From contig NC_043009.1 of NCBI RefSeq assembly GCF_006345805.1, forward strand, positions 55,304,001-55,368,000: a DNA stretch of 64,000 bases, read 5' to 3'. This DNA is from Octopus sinensis. Taxonomy: Eukaryota. Position 1 is the stretch's first letter, and the number at the start of each line of letters is the position of its first letter. Under the pieces are notes generated by a model. The model was not told the DNA's origin and made no database searches. It saw only the letters and a program-made list of their open reading frames with translations. Positions 1 through 14,687 of this stretch are shown piece by piece. Made by a program: the position numbers and the translations under genes.

Positions 1-590
1 CAACAACAATGACGGTGATGACAATGATGATGATGATGATGATTATAACAATGATGATAATGATGATGATGAGAATGACAACAACAATGATGACAATACT
101 GCTGCCACTGCCACTGCTGCTGCTGGTGATGATCATGAAGATGATGATGATGGGTTGGTGGTGGGGGCAGTCAGACTGATGACGATAATCATGTTGATAT
201 TAACTATTTCAACTTTGATTCTTTCCTGCAGGAATTTTATGGTATTTTCCAAAATAATATATTCCTCAGCAAGTTCTGAAACAGGAATTATTTTAATTCC
301 TATTTTAATAACAGGAAATAAAATAGAAGAAACAGAGGGATAAAAAAAAGACAAATTATCTTGATATATGGTATAAAAGTTGATGAATTAGTTATTAGAT
401 AGCGTATGTGTGTAAGGTGGCAAGCTTTTCAAGGGTCAATAAAATAAATACCAGTTGAACATTGGGATCAATGTAATCAACTTACACCCTCCCCAGAAGT
501 TGCTGGCATTGTGCTGAAATTTGAAACCAAGTAGTGTATGTGTGAAATTTCAAATAGTTATTAAAGATGGTTCACATTCAGATTAAGTGT

Positions 591-626
<36 letters not shown>

Positions 627-689
627 CACCACCACCACCACCACCACCACCACCATCATCATCATAACCCCCACCACCACCACCATCAT

Positions 690-721
<32 letters not shown>

Positions 722-2104
722 TTATCAGCATTACTCTCCTCATCCTCATTGTTTTAACATATGTACACACTCCCAAACGCACACAGACACACACACACAT
801 GCGCACGCTAAAACAAAATCTGTCATTAACTATTACTTTAAACTAATACTGTTTGTATTGCACACAATGAATTTTATTCAGCCCACCAGCCAATAATTGT
901 GACAAGAGTGATTTTTTTCAAACACTATTTTTATATATCAGATATTGTTACAGCATGCTTTTACCAATGAATACTTACTAGTGACAAAGTCCCAAGTCAC
1001 AGAAATATATATTTAGCAGTGCCACCATGGCTGTTAGACAATTTTCATGTGCTACAGATATATTTTTGTGTCAATATGTCTTGCAGAAATTATGACAATC
1101 ATGTAAGAATAACATTATTAATAGCTTTGATAAACTAATTATAAGATGTAAACATAGATTACATAATACCTTCCTCTTATACAAACCCTAATTCCCATTA
1201 GAAAATACTAGTTACTCCCGCTGATTGTTCCTTAGAGAAGCTCACTTTCCTTTGCCTCTAGGTCCATCTATTTAGCATTATTTAATATAATAATTACATT
1301 GCCTGGTAAACTCCTCATCTAGTTTTATCAACTTGTATATGAACCATTGGATTCTACAGTACTTCTTTATGTTACTACTATGTAGTGATGTTGGGATCTA
1401 GCTAAGCAGATTATTCCTTCCATATGTTTTATTATTAACAGTTCACTTCTTACATCAGTTACTTTGTAATTACCCTGAGTGCCATGTTATATCTTGCTAA
1501 TTTATACATTTTCTTTATCCTCACACATTTTTTTATACTCATGTATAAGAGCCTACTTTCTTCCTTTTTTTTCACACATGGTACACAGTTACATGAGATT
1601 GTTATTTCACATTCTGTCTTAACTCATACTACCCGTGTTTTCAAGTTTTGTTTTTCTATGTGTATAACGACCTGTAAAGATACATACTTGTGTGAATGCA
1701 TGTTTTTTTCTTTTCTCTTTTATTCTTTTTCATTTTTCCTCTTTTTTTTATGTGTGTATATATTTATACATTTGTATTTTACATATAAATTTTCATCCGT
1801 TCATGTCAGCTTTTTGTGTTTACATATGTGTATCTATATTTTTGTGAGTATATGCTAGTAGCTAGCATGTATATGCATATTCTTATGTTTGGGCATGTGT
1901 ATATCACAATATATATATATATAGGTTAGATGAAATATGTTTGTCACATATTTCAACTGCTATAGGCAAATACACTGCAGTTACCATGCATAAGTAACCT
2001 TATGATAAAAAGATGTGAAGACACCCAGTTCGTTCAGTGTCGCCATCTCTCAGGAATCTCAGACATCAAATTTATTGACTCTTGTTGATGAGATGTACCT
2101 AAGA

Positions 2105-2325
2105 GAGGTAACTCTCTTTGCAGCATCATTAAATGCAAAGGAGCCATCATCCATGCAGACACATTTCTCTCCAATGACATCACGATTCTCTCTCACACAC
2201 TGTCTTGCAATATGAAACACTTCAAGTCTCTGGTCCTTGTGACATAGAACATTGGCAATTTTTTTTCTTATTTGTGTCCCCTCTGGTTAAGTAAACCTTT
2301 CTCCTAGCTTCTCTTCTGACGATCT
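2105..2325 (-). mobile_element. RTE LINE ORF fragment (EN-RT linker)
   Basis: KKIANVLCHKDQRLEVFHIARQCVRENRDVIGEKCVCMDDGSFAFND; next to an RTE 3'UTR piece at about 2340-2500. Confidence 0.6.
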
Positions 2326-3133
2326 AATACAGTTCTAGTCTGATTTGGCATGGATTTCCTAATGCCAACCACTTTGAGAGTGTAATGGGTTCTTTTATGT
2401 GCCACCGGCATGAGTGTCATTTGCATGATACCAGTATCTTCCATGACTGCAATTTTACTCAGTTTGACAGGTCTTCTTCTCAAGCATGACATAATGCTAA
2501 ACGTCTCTGTTATTGCCTCTGTAAGGTAATCTGTGAGCTGGGTGCACTATTGGCCCTTAATCAATTCCTCTTTCCACTCCCATTTTTTGGTTCCCCCTTT
2601 TTTTTTTTTTTGCATTATTCGTTACAGCTGGTACTTTTCAACGGAATGGCTGTATGTACCTGATGGAAAAGAGCACTGGGTAGTTATGAAACATTTCAAT
2701 GTTACATAATAGGCACCTGGTGCCTTTATCGAAATAGCTATAGTTCTCAACCTCTTCTTCCATTCTTTTTAGTTACAGACTTCATTATTGCATAATTAGC
2801 AGCAGTTGTTGCTTTTCATCAGGTATTGTATAGCATATGTCAGTGGAATTTTCCACCTAAATTTGATATGGGAGAAAGAGTATTTGATGCATCGGTCAAT
2901 AAACTTTATTGATCAACTATCAAGTCATTTGTATTTTCTATACAAGCCTTATTTATGGAAGAGATGAACCAACTGCTTTTACCAAGACCACTTGACTGGT
3001 CCTGCTACATTATTTGTGTGTGTGTTTGTGTGTGTGTGTGTGTGCGTGTGTGTCTGTGAGTGTGTATGTGTGGATATAGATATAATATATACATAAATAT
3101 AGATATACATATATACATATTCGTATATGTATA

Positions 3134-3196
<63 letters not shown>

Positions 3197-3681
3197 TGTG
3201 CGTGCGCGTGTGTAAATATATATATAGAGAGAGACAGAGACATATATACACAGAAATGTATAGAGTTACAGATGCACATTGCAATGAAAACTCCAATTAA
3301 AAAGTGAAACCGGTTCGTAATTATGTATTTCAGAATATTTAATTATGTATTTTTGTAATTTTGTGCTCTGCAGTGTTTAATAATGTATTTTGAAAGTAAT
3401 TGAATGAAAAATGTTCTTTGAAATATGTCATCTTAAAATAATTTGGTAGCTATAATGTATTTTGGACATGATATAATAGTTTGGAATATGTGACAATGTA
3501 TTTTGAAATAATTTGATTGCAGTAATCTGTTTTTGAACACATATTATATTTTGAATTGATTTGATTGTAATAATGAATTTATTTTGGAATTTATTTACTG
3601 CAATGTAAAAAGTACATTTTCTCCTTTTTATTAATATTTTTCCGCACTTTCCAATTTGTGTGGATTATTTTTAATATGTTA

Positions 3682-3742
<61 letters not shown>

Positions 3743-4305
3743 ATATATATACTCTTTTTACTCTTTTAATTGTTTCAGTCATTTGACTGCGGCCATGCTG
3801 GAGCACCACCTTTAATCGAGCAACTCAACCCCGGGACTTATTATTTTGTAAGCCCAGTACTTGTTCTATCGGTCTCTTTTGCCGAACCACTAAGTGACGG
3901 GGACATAAACACACCAGCATCGGTTGTCAAGCAATGCTAGGGAACAAACACAGACACACAAACACACACACGCATATATATATATATACATATATACAAC
4001 GGGCTTCTTTCAGTTTCCGTCTACCAAATCCACTCACAAGGCTTTGGTCGGCCCGAGGCTATAGTAGTAGACACTTACCCAAGGTGCCACGCAGTGGGAC
4101 TGAACCTGGAACCATGTGGTTGGTAGACAAGCTACTTACCACACAGTCACTCCAATATATATATATATTCTTTTGAATGATATCAGTGAAATCTTCGAAA
4201 CATGTGTCAAAAGTAAAAGATTTGATTTATACCTGTGCTAAACTCCATTTATTTATTTATATACATATATATTTATATATATACACACACACTTGCACAT
4301 ACACA

Positions 4306-4346
<41 letters not shown>

Positions 4347-4584
4347 TAATAAAATATTAGGGAATAAATCCAAACTTACAGGGAAAAATCAGATATAGGA
4401 TTAAATCCAATTTTATAGTATAAATATATTATATCATATTATATTATATTAAACTAGAGATAAACCCACTATTAGGCAAATCAAACAATGAAAAACATAA
4501 GCCAATACATAAAATTAATATAACTTATATTATTTTAAATATATATCAAAAGTATTAAAAGTTTAATAAAAGATAAAGAGTAAA

Positions 4585-4677
4585 ACACTACGATCGTTTC
4601 ATGGCTGTACAATTCGAATAACAATAATTTAAATTCAATTAATAATTCGAGTTATGGTTACAGTCAATCTTCAGGTT
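4585..4677 (-). ncRNA. Hammerhead motif (intact core, weak stem I)
   Basis: CTGAAGA-TTGACTGTA...TACAGCCAT-GAAA-C(GATC)G-TA. Confidence 0.65.
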
Positions 4678-4932
4678 AATTGAAATATCTAAAAAATAAA
4701 CAGAAATATTTAAACAATATTATTAATTGAATTTAAATTTTTGATATATATTTAAAATAATATAAATTATATTAATTTTATGTATTGATTTGCCTAATAG
4801 TGGTTTTATCTCTAATTTGATATAATATATATATATATATAAGAATGCATGCTCTCACTGCATCTCCTCATTTTTGTTTGCCTTGCTCCTTCTCATAGAG
4901 ATAAAAACACAAGTATACGTACATGCATACAT

Positions 4933-4965
<33 letters not shown>

Positions 4966-5214
4966 CACACACACACACACACACGCACACACAAACACAC
5001 ACGCATGCAAGTATAAGCACACACATATTGCTGAAGTCATAAGAATTTCATAAACTTTCAAGAGGATGTCAGCTGACCCTTTTTTTGGGGAATATCTCGA
5101 AGCACACACATAAAGCTATAGATAACAGCATGCAATGTAAATATTTGCAGCTTTCTATGCGTACTTTAAGATACCTCCAAAATATATATATGCGCATGTA
5201 GACATATGTATATA

Positions 5215-5354
<140 letters not shown>

Positions 5355-5541
5355 TCACACATTCTTACATACTCACACACACACACACACACACATGTAT
5401 TTATTGGTTTCATTATTAGATTGTGACTTTCCTGGGGCATTGCCTTCACAAGTGCAATCAAGTATATCAGACCCCTCCTACCTCCAGTACTTGACTAGAA
5501 GTAGATACTGAGGACCGAGGCAAAGTCAACCAAGGCAATGT

Positions 5542-5601
<60 letters not shown>

Positions 5602-5739
5602 CACACACACACACACATACACATATTTGCATATATTCATTAAGGAAGCAGATTTTTTGCTCTGCAAAATTAAACATAGTAATAATGAGTAAGACAATAA
5701 TGACAATAAAGGAAAAAAAACTTATGAATATTTCTCCAA

Positions 5740-5843
5740 TTATAATGATGATAATAATAATAATAATAATAATAATGATGATAATAATAATAATAATAAT
5801 AATAATGATGATAATAATAATAATAATAATAATAATGATGATG

Positions 5844-5914
<71 letters not shown>

Positions 5915-5969
5915 GTAATAATGATAATAATAATAATAATAATAATAATATAATAATAATAATAATAAG

Positions 5970-6013
<44 letters not shown>

Positions 6014-6057
6014 GTAATAATAATAATAGTAATAGTAATAATGATATAATAATAATA

Positions 6058-6090
<33 letters not shown>

Positions 6091-6154
6091 ATAATAATAA
6101 TAATAATAATATAATAATGATAATATAATAATAATAATAATAATAATGATGATG

Positions 6155-6185
<31 letters not shown>

Positions 6186-6312
6186 TAATAATAATAATAA
6201 TAATAATAATGATAATAATAATAATTAATAATAATAATAATAATGATAATAATAATAATAATAATAATAGTAATAATAATAATAGTAATAATAATAATAA
6301 TAATAGTAATAA
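5740..6312. repeat. Long (TAA)n microsatellite with ATG/GTA interruptions
   Basis: Direct reading; source of the poly-I/L/N ORFs. Confidence 0.95.
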
Positions 6313-6498
6313 TACAAAGATCACCAACATATTTTTTACTGTAGACTATTTGTAATTTTGTGTATAAGTGTTGCTTTCCCTGTAATTAGGGTTAAAAGGG
6401 ATGGAGGAGGAGGAGGAGGAGGAGAAGGCAACATTGATGGTTGTAACTGCAAAAGCAGTGACATCAATGATGATGATGATGATGATGATGAAGAAGAA

Positions 6499-6533
<35 letters not shown>

Positions 6534-7520
6534 AGAAGAAGAAGAAGAAGAAGAAGAAGAAGAAGAAGAAGAAGAAGAAGAAGAAGAAGAAGAAGAAGAA
6601 GCCTTCTAAGCAACCCCTCCCACATGCACACACATGTGGAGGGGAAGGGCATTCTCCCCTATCATTCATTGCACCCCAAAATCTTCTTTCCAGTTTGTTT
6701 CAATAATTTGTTTCCAAACCATTAAACACCCCCCCACTTTCTCCTCTTCTTCACCCCTGCCGCAAACCCACCCACCCCCGCCCACACCAAACACCCCCAC
6801 ACCCCAAATGTCATGCTCTCCTTCCTCCACCCACCTCTAATGGTATTGCTTTTGTTTCAGCATGGTTTTCTTCAGCTGACATTTCCCCTTCACGCAACCA
6901 CCACTCACACTCACACTCCTTTTCCTACCACCACCACCACCACCACCATCATCAAGAATAACAACTTTTGTAATGGCTGCCATCTCACCCACTCTGACTT
7001 CCTATCTTCTGTAGAATGTTGAAAAGATGTCAAATAAACCGACTCCCTCCACACATACACATTTCTTCCTCCTTGTATCTTAACCTCGGGTCTTCATCAG
7101 ACAAAGTTGTTTGAAATGGGTGCAGACATAGCTGTGTGGTTAAGGAGTTCCTTTGCGACCATGCAGTTCTGAGTTCAATCTCACTCAGCTACATCTTGAA
7201 TAAAGTGTCTCTCCTACCAACTGGAAATTTCTTTGTAACCATTTGGAAGCAACAGAATAGCTTGATGTGATATCTTCATATGATAACCTTTGCTTTGAAT
7301 AAAAATTGGAACTGGTAACTTCCGTTATTCCTTACCATGGATTATCATTAAATTCACATTTAAATTGCTGATGGACCTTACCTATAACTGATTCGATCAT
7401 AAAACTACATGATACATACCCATCTTATTTTGATCCTTCTCTCATTTTTGACAAACTGGAATATACTTGTATCCTCAAACGGGGATATTCCTTCATTTTT
7501 ACATCTCTCTCCCTTCTCCC

Positions 7521-7597
7521 TCTCTGATGATGGCTTATAGAATCTTTACGCAATATCATGATCCACATGCTTGGCTCTTCTAGAAACAGCAGTAAGA
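7521..7597 (+). ncRNA. Degenerate hammerhead motif
   Basis: TCT-CTGATGA...TCTA-GAAA-C(AGCA)G-TA-AGA; stem II poorly paired. Confidence 0.45.
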
Positions 7598-8637
7598 CAC
7601 CCTATGTTTATATTCTTTATCTAAATTAAATGTCTTTTTCAAGTGATGCCAAATATTTTCTTTTTTTTTAATTTTTACTTTAATCTGTAAAATATTTTCT
7701 CTTCTGATTCATAGTATGCCTGAAATTTCTCAGAGTTCTTTGACAAACAAAGGCAAAGAGAATACTTGGATCAATCATGAGTTGTAGGACTCATAAGGCT
7801 GGCGTTTAACCCAGTTTCCACAGCAAATAAATGACTGAGAATATAACACTCTTCCTCTGAATGGAACACCAGTCTACTTCAGTGTTAACTTCTTAGCTAT
7901 TGTTGGAGACTATCTACAGTCGAGTGGACTAGGTCAATGTTACATGAAGTGTTTTACTCAAGAACAAAAGCACCAAGCAATTTGTGAATTGAAACCACAA
8001 TCTTACAATTGAGAGTACAACACCCAAACCACTAGGTTTGGACAAAAAATATTATCTTCAGATGCATCTGCCACATATATTCTTCAAGCTACACCAACTT
8101 GCAAGAGACATAGGGGTAGCCCAAGTATGAGAGGGTTGGATAATATTTATAGTCACAGTTAGTTGTACATGGGAACCCATCAGAAAAGTGTAATGGCAGT
8201 TACCTCTGATGGGAGGATGTGCCTGAAGCCTCTTGCACCATGACCTTCCCAGGGTGGAGAAAATAGAGAGATGGATGGATGCATCAGGACTAAGGGTTTG
8301 CAGTTTCTTACATATTTGTTGGAATGATCCGGCACATCTTCTCAAGCAACTGTTAAAACAGCATATTCTAACTTAATAAATTTATGATGTAAATTCTTTG
8401 TATCTTGTTTACATTCTTTTACTTGTTTCAGTCATTTGACTGTGGTCATGCTGGAGCAATGCCTTAAAGGGTTTTTTTAGTCAAAGAAATTAACCCCAGG
8501 ACTTATTCTTTATAAGCCTAGTACTTATTCTATCAGTCTCTTTTGTGGAACCACTAATTTATGGGGACATAAACACACCAACATTGGTTGACAATGGTGG
8601 TGGGGAAAAACATAGACACAAAGGCACACTCTCATAA

Positions 8638-8692
<55 letters not shown>

Positions 8693-9424
8693 GCTTCTTT
8701 CAGTTTCTGTCTACCAAATCCACTCACAAGGTTGCAGTAGAAGACACTTGCCCAAGGTTCCACACAGTGGGACTGAACCCAGAACCATGTCATTGGGAAG
8801 CAAGTTTCTTACTATACAGCCACACCTGCACCTGGACATTCTGGATTCTCACCCTCACAATACTACTCCCTGCCTCCCAGTTGAGAAGGTGTTCTCTTGC
8901 AAGATACTTGGTGACCCTATCAGTGCTGTAAAACGCACTAACAGGGCCACCAGATAAAAAGCACTATTGATGGTGTCGCATAAAAAGCACCCGGTACACA
9001 CTGTAAAGTAGTTGGCATTAGGAAAGGAATCCAGCTGTAGAAACCATACCAAAATAGATAATGGAACCTGGTGTGGCTCCTGGCCTTGCCAGCTCCTGTC
9101 AAAGCATCCAACCCATGCCAGCATTAAATGATTATGATGGTGGTAATGACACAGCTTTTTCTTTTAATTAATTTTGAAATTATGAATTTAGTAAAATAAT
9201 TTTGTCATTGTGAAACTGGTATTTGGAATATAAATTACATGGAATTTTGAGGGAAAGTTTAGAGTTAGATAACTTTAATAGTACAAGTTTATATCATAGA
9301 AACAGGAGCAGTCGTAAGCAGGTTGGCATCAAAAGGGTTAATATTGACAAACTTGAACCTGTAAAATTGTTTTACAGATTTTGACATTTAGAAATTTTGA
9401 CAGAACACTATTCCCTAAATTTGT

Positions 9425-9520
9425 ATCATCATCAGCATCATCATCATCATCATCATCACCACCATCACCATCACCATCATCATCATCATCATCATCATCA
9501 CCACCACCACCACCACCACC

Positions 9521-9554
<34 letters not shown>

Positions 9555-9616
9555 TCATCATCACCATCATCACCACCATCACCATCACCATCATCATCAT
9601 CATCACCACCACCACC

Positions 9617-9658
<42 letters not shown>
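9425..9658. repeat. (CAT/CAC)n microsatellite
   Basis: Direct reading; source of the poly-H ORF. Confidence 0.95.
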
Positions 9659-9660
<2 letters not shown>

Positions 9661-10677
9661 CATTAATACACCAAGCAAAATGCTTAGTGGCATTTCATCT
9701 GTCTATACGTTCTGAGTTCAGATTCCGCCAGGGTCAACTTTACCTTTAATCCTTTCAGGGTCAGTAAATTAAGCACCAGTTGGTTGTGTACTAGCATCGA
9801 TTTAATCGACTGGCTTCTTCCCCAAACTTTCAGGCCTTGTGCCTATAGCAGGAAGGATTATTATGATTATTAACATCAACATGCTGGGCAAAATGCTTAG
9901 CAGTATTTCGTCTGTCTTTACATTATGAATTCAGATTCTGCTGAGGTCAACTTCGCCTTTCATCATTTTGGGTTCGATGAAATAAGTACCAGTTGTGCAC
10001 TGGGGCCAATGTAATCGATTTGCCCCCTCCACTAAAATTTCAGGCCTTCTACCTATAGTAGAAAGGATTATTATTATGATTATTATTATCATTTTTCTTT
10101 TAATTTGCATGTTCGATGCAGTCACTTGCTAGGACATACTCAGTTCCCTAGGGTATCATCATCATCATCATCATTATTATTTTGCTTTATAAATTGTAAT
10201 CTGCAGTGTGTGAGACATAAAATCCTAAAGAAATAGTGGTTTTTCTCAAACTAAAAAAAACTTCCTGCTAGAGTATTATACCATACACACACATGTACAC
10301 ACACCCTACAACTTGGTATTCCCAGTTGAGGTGGGATAGACCAAGCTGTCATTATGCCAATTATTTTCAATATCCTTTCCAATTTCATATTAGTAATGAG
10401 TAATTTTTTTCTAATTTTGGTTCAAGGCAAGCAATTTTAAGATGAGGGTAAATAAGTCACATTGACCCCATGATCAACTGGTCCTTTTTTTTTAATTAAA
10501 CCCTGAAGGGATGCAAGGCAGATATGAACTCAGAACAAAGAGATAGAAGAAATAATTCTATTGGCAAAGGACATTACACTGTGTAACATGATTTTTGTCC
10601 TTGGGTAGCAGCTGTATGTATGTCTGTATGTGAATGAATGAATGTATGTATGTATGTATGTATGTATGTATGTATGT

Positions 10678-11421
10678 ATGTATGTATGTATGTATATATG
10701 TATGTAAACTGGGAAATTTTTTTAAAGAACCACACTCTGATGACCTCAATCAAATTAGTTTCCTCATAGCTCTCTTAATGATATGGATCTTTCCCTGAAA
10801 ATTTCCAGAAATAGGTGCAGGAGTGGCTGTGTGGTAAGTAGCTTGCTTATGAATCACATGGTTCAGGTTCAGTCCCACTGCATAGCACCTTGGACAAGTG
10901 TCTTCTACTATAGCCTCAGGCTGACCAAAGCCTTGTGAGTGGATTTGGTGGACGGAAACTGAAAGAAGCCCATCGTATATATGTATATGTGTGTATAAGC
11001 TGGTGTGTTTGTCTTTGTCCCCCTTCCCCCAGCATCACTTGACAACAGACGCTGGTGTGTTTATGTCCTTGTAACTTAGCGGTTTGGCAAATGAGATCGA
11101 TAAGTACTAGGCTTACAAAGAATAAGACCTGGGGTCAATTTGCTTGGTGCTCCAGCATGGCCACACTTACATGGTTGGCCTGAGGCTATAGTAGAAGACA
11201 CTTGCCCAAAGTGCCATGCAGTGGGACTGAACCTGAGCCATGTGATTCATAAGCAAGCTACTTACCACACAGCCACTCCTGCACCTATTTCTGGAAATTT
11301 TCAGGGAAAGATCCATATCATTAAGAGAGCTATGAGGAAACTAATTTGATTGAGGTCATCAGAGTGTGGTTCTTTAAAAAAATTTCCCAGTTTACATACA
11401 TATATACATACATACATACAT
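10678..11421. repeat. Inverted duplication, arms of about 250 bp
   Basis: 10678-10926 versus 11173-11421, including about 105 bp of unique non-SINE flank. Confidence 0.92.
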
Positions 11422-11430
11422 ATGCATACA

Positions 11431-12273
11431 TTGATCATGAAAGCAGTCTATCATGGACCAATAACCGGATTACTAACTCCCACATTGAAGGGTATGTGTT
11501 TGTAATCCGGGTACAGGAAATATCAACCAAGTACCTGATGCACAAAAGGGATAGAGATGTAGGAAAAGCAGTATAATTTCACAACTGATGCAGACTTTGT
11601 GGAATTAACACTGAAGATATCACGCATATCATAAGCAGTTGTCTGAAAATGTCATCACAGTATTATCTACCGATGAGACATGATGTTAGAGCTAGGACAC
11701 TCTATAATTAAATCTGTCAGAAGGATAACTCCAAGGACAAGGAAATAAGAATACACAGTATTGTAGAAGCCATAGCCACTTATAATAAAAAGGAGTACTG
11801 GTGGAATGTTACAGTAAAGATCTCAATAAAATGTAAGCACAACAGACCTGATATAATGATTTGCGATAGAGAAGAGAAACTGTGTACAGTTGTGGAAATT
11901 AGTTGCCCATTGGATGTTAAGATGAAGCTGAAGATCAGGGAAAAAGAGAACACCTATGCTGAACTATTGAGAAATCTGTAGTTACTCTATCTAGATTACA
12001 AATTCAGGTTTATACCTGTAATTATTGGGGCCCTGGGATATGTAACACACTGCTTTAGTATCAATGTTGAGAAATTAGGCTCCTCGAAACCAGAAAGGAA
12101 AAAGCTAATTCAAAGACTACAGATCCAATCCATCACTGGAACTATAACAATCTGTAAAACTTTCCAGAAGTTTATCATTTAAATATATATGAGCATGTCT
12201 AGATATGCAACTATATGCATGAGAATACATACACAAAGCAAAACATGCAAATCTGCACATATACATAGATACA
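11431..12273 (+). mobile_element. R4/Dong-like RLE-type non-LTR retrotransposon, 3' fragment (decayed)
   Basis: Manual translation gives CRLC..EDITHIISSC (CCHC knuckle), RHD, HNRPDI..EISCP (restriction-like endonuclease) and IPVIIGALG; internal stops; stop at 12180-12182. Confidence 0.85.
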
Positions 12274-13148
12274 TACTCTTTCACTCTTTTACTTGTTTCA
12301 GTCATTTGACTGTGGCCATGCTGGAGCACCACCTTTGGTTGAACAATTCGACCCTAGGACTTATTCTTTGTAAGCCTAGTACTTACTCTATTGGTCTTTT
12401 TTGCTGAACCGCTAGGTTACAGGGATGTAATCACACCAGTATCAGTTGTCAAGCGATGTTGGGGGGACAAATTCAGACACACAAACATACGCACACACAC
12501 ACACACACATACATATATACGACGAGCTTCTTTCAGTTTCTGTCTACCAAATCCACTCACGAGTATTTGGTCGGCCCGAGGCTATAGTAGAAGACACTTG
12601 CCAAGGTGCCACGCAGTGGGACTGAACCCGGAACCATGTGGTTGGTAAGCAAGCTACTTACCACACAGCCACTCCTACACCTGTACATACATACAGATGT
12701 GATATACAAGATTTATAATTTATGAGTAACATTAATACACCACAAATAATTCTGGTGTCAGGGAAGGAGGGCCAGGGTGAAGGTGACACTATTAGTTACC
12801 ACACTGGGTGACATCATTTCTAGTAAGGCTACTGCAAGTGTGTTTATTGTGTGTGTCTGTGTTGATTTATACACATATTTATTCAAAAATTTCCATTGTA
12901 TCTAAATTATATAAGCGTACATACATGCGGAGTGGTTGGTGTTAGGAGAGGCATTCAGCCATAAAAAAAAATGTGCCAAAACAGACACAAGGAAGCCTGG
13001 TGCAGTCCAACCCAAACTGCCCAACCCATGCCAGCATGGAGGGCGGATGTTAAATGATGATGATGATATATATACACACTCACATACACACTCATATATA
13101 TTATATACATACATACACACACAAAAATCTCTCTCTCTCTCTCTCTGC

Positions 13149-13180
<32 letters not shown>

Positions 13181-13254
13181 CATCATCATCTAACGTCCAT
13201 GTTCCATGTTGGCGTATACTAAACTATGATGATATATATATGTGTGTGTGTGTG

Positions 13255-13303
<49 letters not shown>

Positions 13304-13671
13304 TTATATCATCATCATCATCATCATTTGACATCCGCTTTCCATGCTAGCATGGGTTGGACGATTTGACTGAGGTCTGGTGAACCAGATGGTTGCACCC
13401 AGCTCCTATCTGATGTGGCAGAATTTCTACAGCTGGATGCTCTTCCTAATGCCAACCACTCCAAGAGTGTAGTCGGTGTTTTTACGTGCCACCGGCACAA
13501 GGGCCAGTCAGGCGGTACTGGCAATGGCCACACTCAAATGGTGCTTTTTATGTTCCACCTGTACAGGAGCCAGTCCAGAGGCACTGGCAACGACCTTGCT
13601 CGAATGTTTTTTCACGTGCCACCAGCACAATGTTAGGGTGTGGTTTAAATGTAATTTGAAAGTTATTTCTA

Positions 13672-13721
<50 letters not shown>

Positions 13722-14299
13722 TAAATAAATTAAATTTGGCAGTGATTTAAATAAGATTTGGTGTAAAATGTATAGACTCTCTTTCTCCTCATGCCACTTG
13801 TTATATCTATATTTGTTCTTCCATCATAGTTTTTTTTTTGCTGAATGCTAAAAATGCCAGAATGTATCTGTGGGAAAATGTATGTCAATACGTACAAAAA
13901 AATACATCATTACTTCATATCTCATGCCTGCTTACTAAAACAGGAAAAAAAAACAAGAAAACTCACAGAATTGTCCTCTTAATGGAGAATTGATAAAGAA
14001 ATAATGCCGTCTATAAATATCTTTTTGTCTTATCACTCATATTCATCCTGAAGATAATAACTTTCTCCATGTTATGGCTGTGATTGTTGTGTTTAAAAAG
14101 TTTTGCTCTAAAACCAACATTAGCCATCAGCAGTTGTTGTCAGTTCCAAATTAGGAAATAGAAATGTTTAAAATATTCATTTATTTTGCTTGTAGCAATT
14201 ATTTTTCAAAGTCAAATATGCTTTCACTAAGCTAAAGAAACTGCATATAATGTATACTATATTTACTTGTATAGAAATCACACCACTAATTTAGTGTTT

Positions 14300-14687
14300 C
14301 GGAGGTGCAATGGCCCAGTGGTTAGGGCAGCCGACTCGTGGTCATAGGATCGCGGTTTCGATTCCCAGACCGGACGTTGTGAGCGTTTATTGAGTGAAAA
14401 CACCTAAAGCTCCACGAGGCTCCGGCAGGGGATGGTGGTGATCCCTGCTGTACTCTTTCACCACAACTTTCTCTCGCTCTTACTTCCTGTTTCTGTTGTA
14501 CCTGTATTTCAAAGGGCCGGCCTTGTCACTCTCTGTGTCACGCTGAATATCCCCGAGAACTACGTTAAGGGTATACGTGTCTGTGGAGTGCTCAGCCACT
14601 TACACGTTAATTTCACGAGCAGGCTGTTCCGTTGGTCGGATCAACCGGAACCCTCATCGTCGTAACCGACGGAGTGAAAGAGAGAAG
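14300..14687 (+). mobile_element. Full-length tRNA-derived SINE with 12-bp TSD
   Basis: Pol III A box TGGCCCAGTGG and B box GTTTCGATTCC; TSD AATTTAGTGTTT at 14288-14299 and 14688-14699. Confidence 0.85.

Noticed and set aside
567-896. Poly-Ser/His/Gln ORF resembling a transcription-factor low-complexity region
   Set aside because: Pure CAT/CAC/CAG microsatellite running into CA repeats; no domain or splice support.
6358-6706. Poly-Asp/Glu and poly-Lys ORFs
   Set aside because: (GAT)n/(GAA)n microsatellite open in several frames.
7070-7105. CTGATGA-A-GACC(cga)GGTT remnant on the minus strand
   Set aside because: GAAA and the cleavage site are absent; at most a dead remnant.
14300-14375. tRNA-like sequence
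   Set aside because: Head of a SINE bounded by TSDs, not a tRNA gene.
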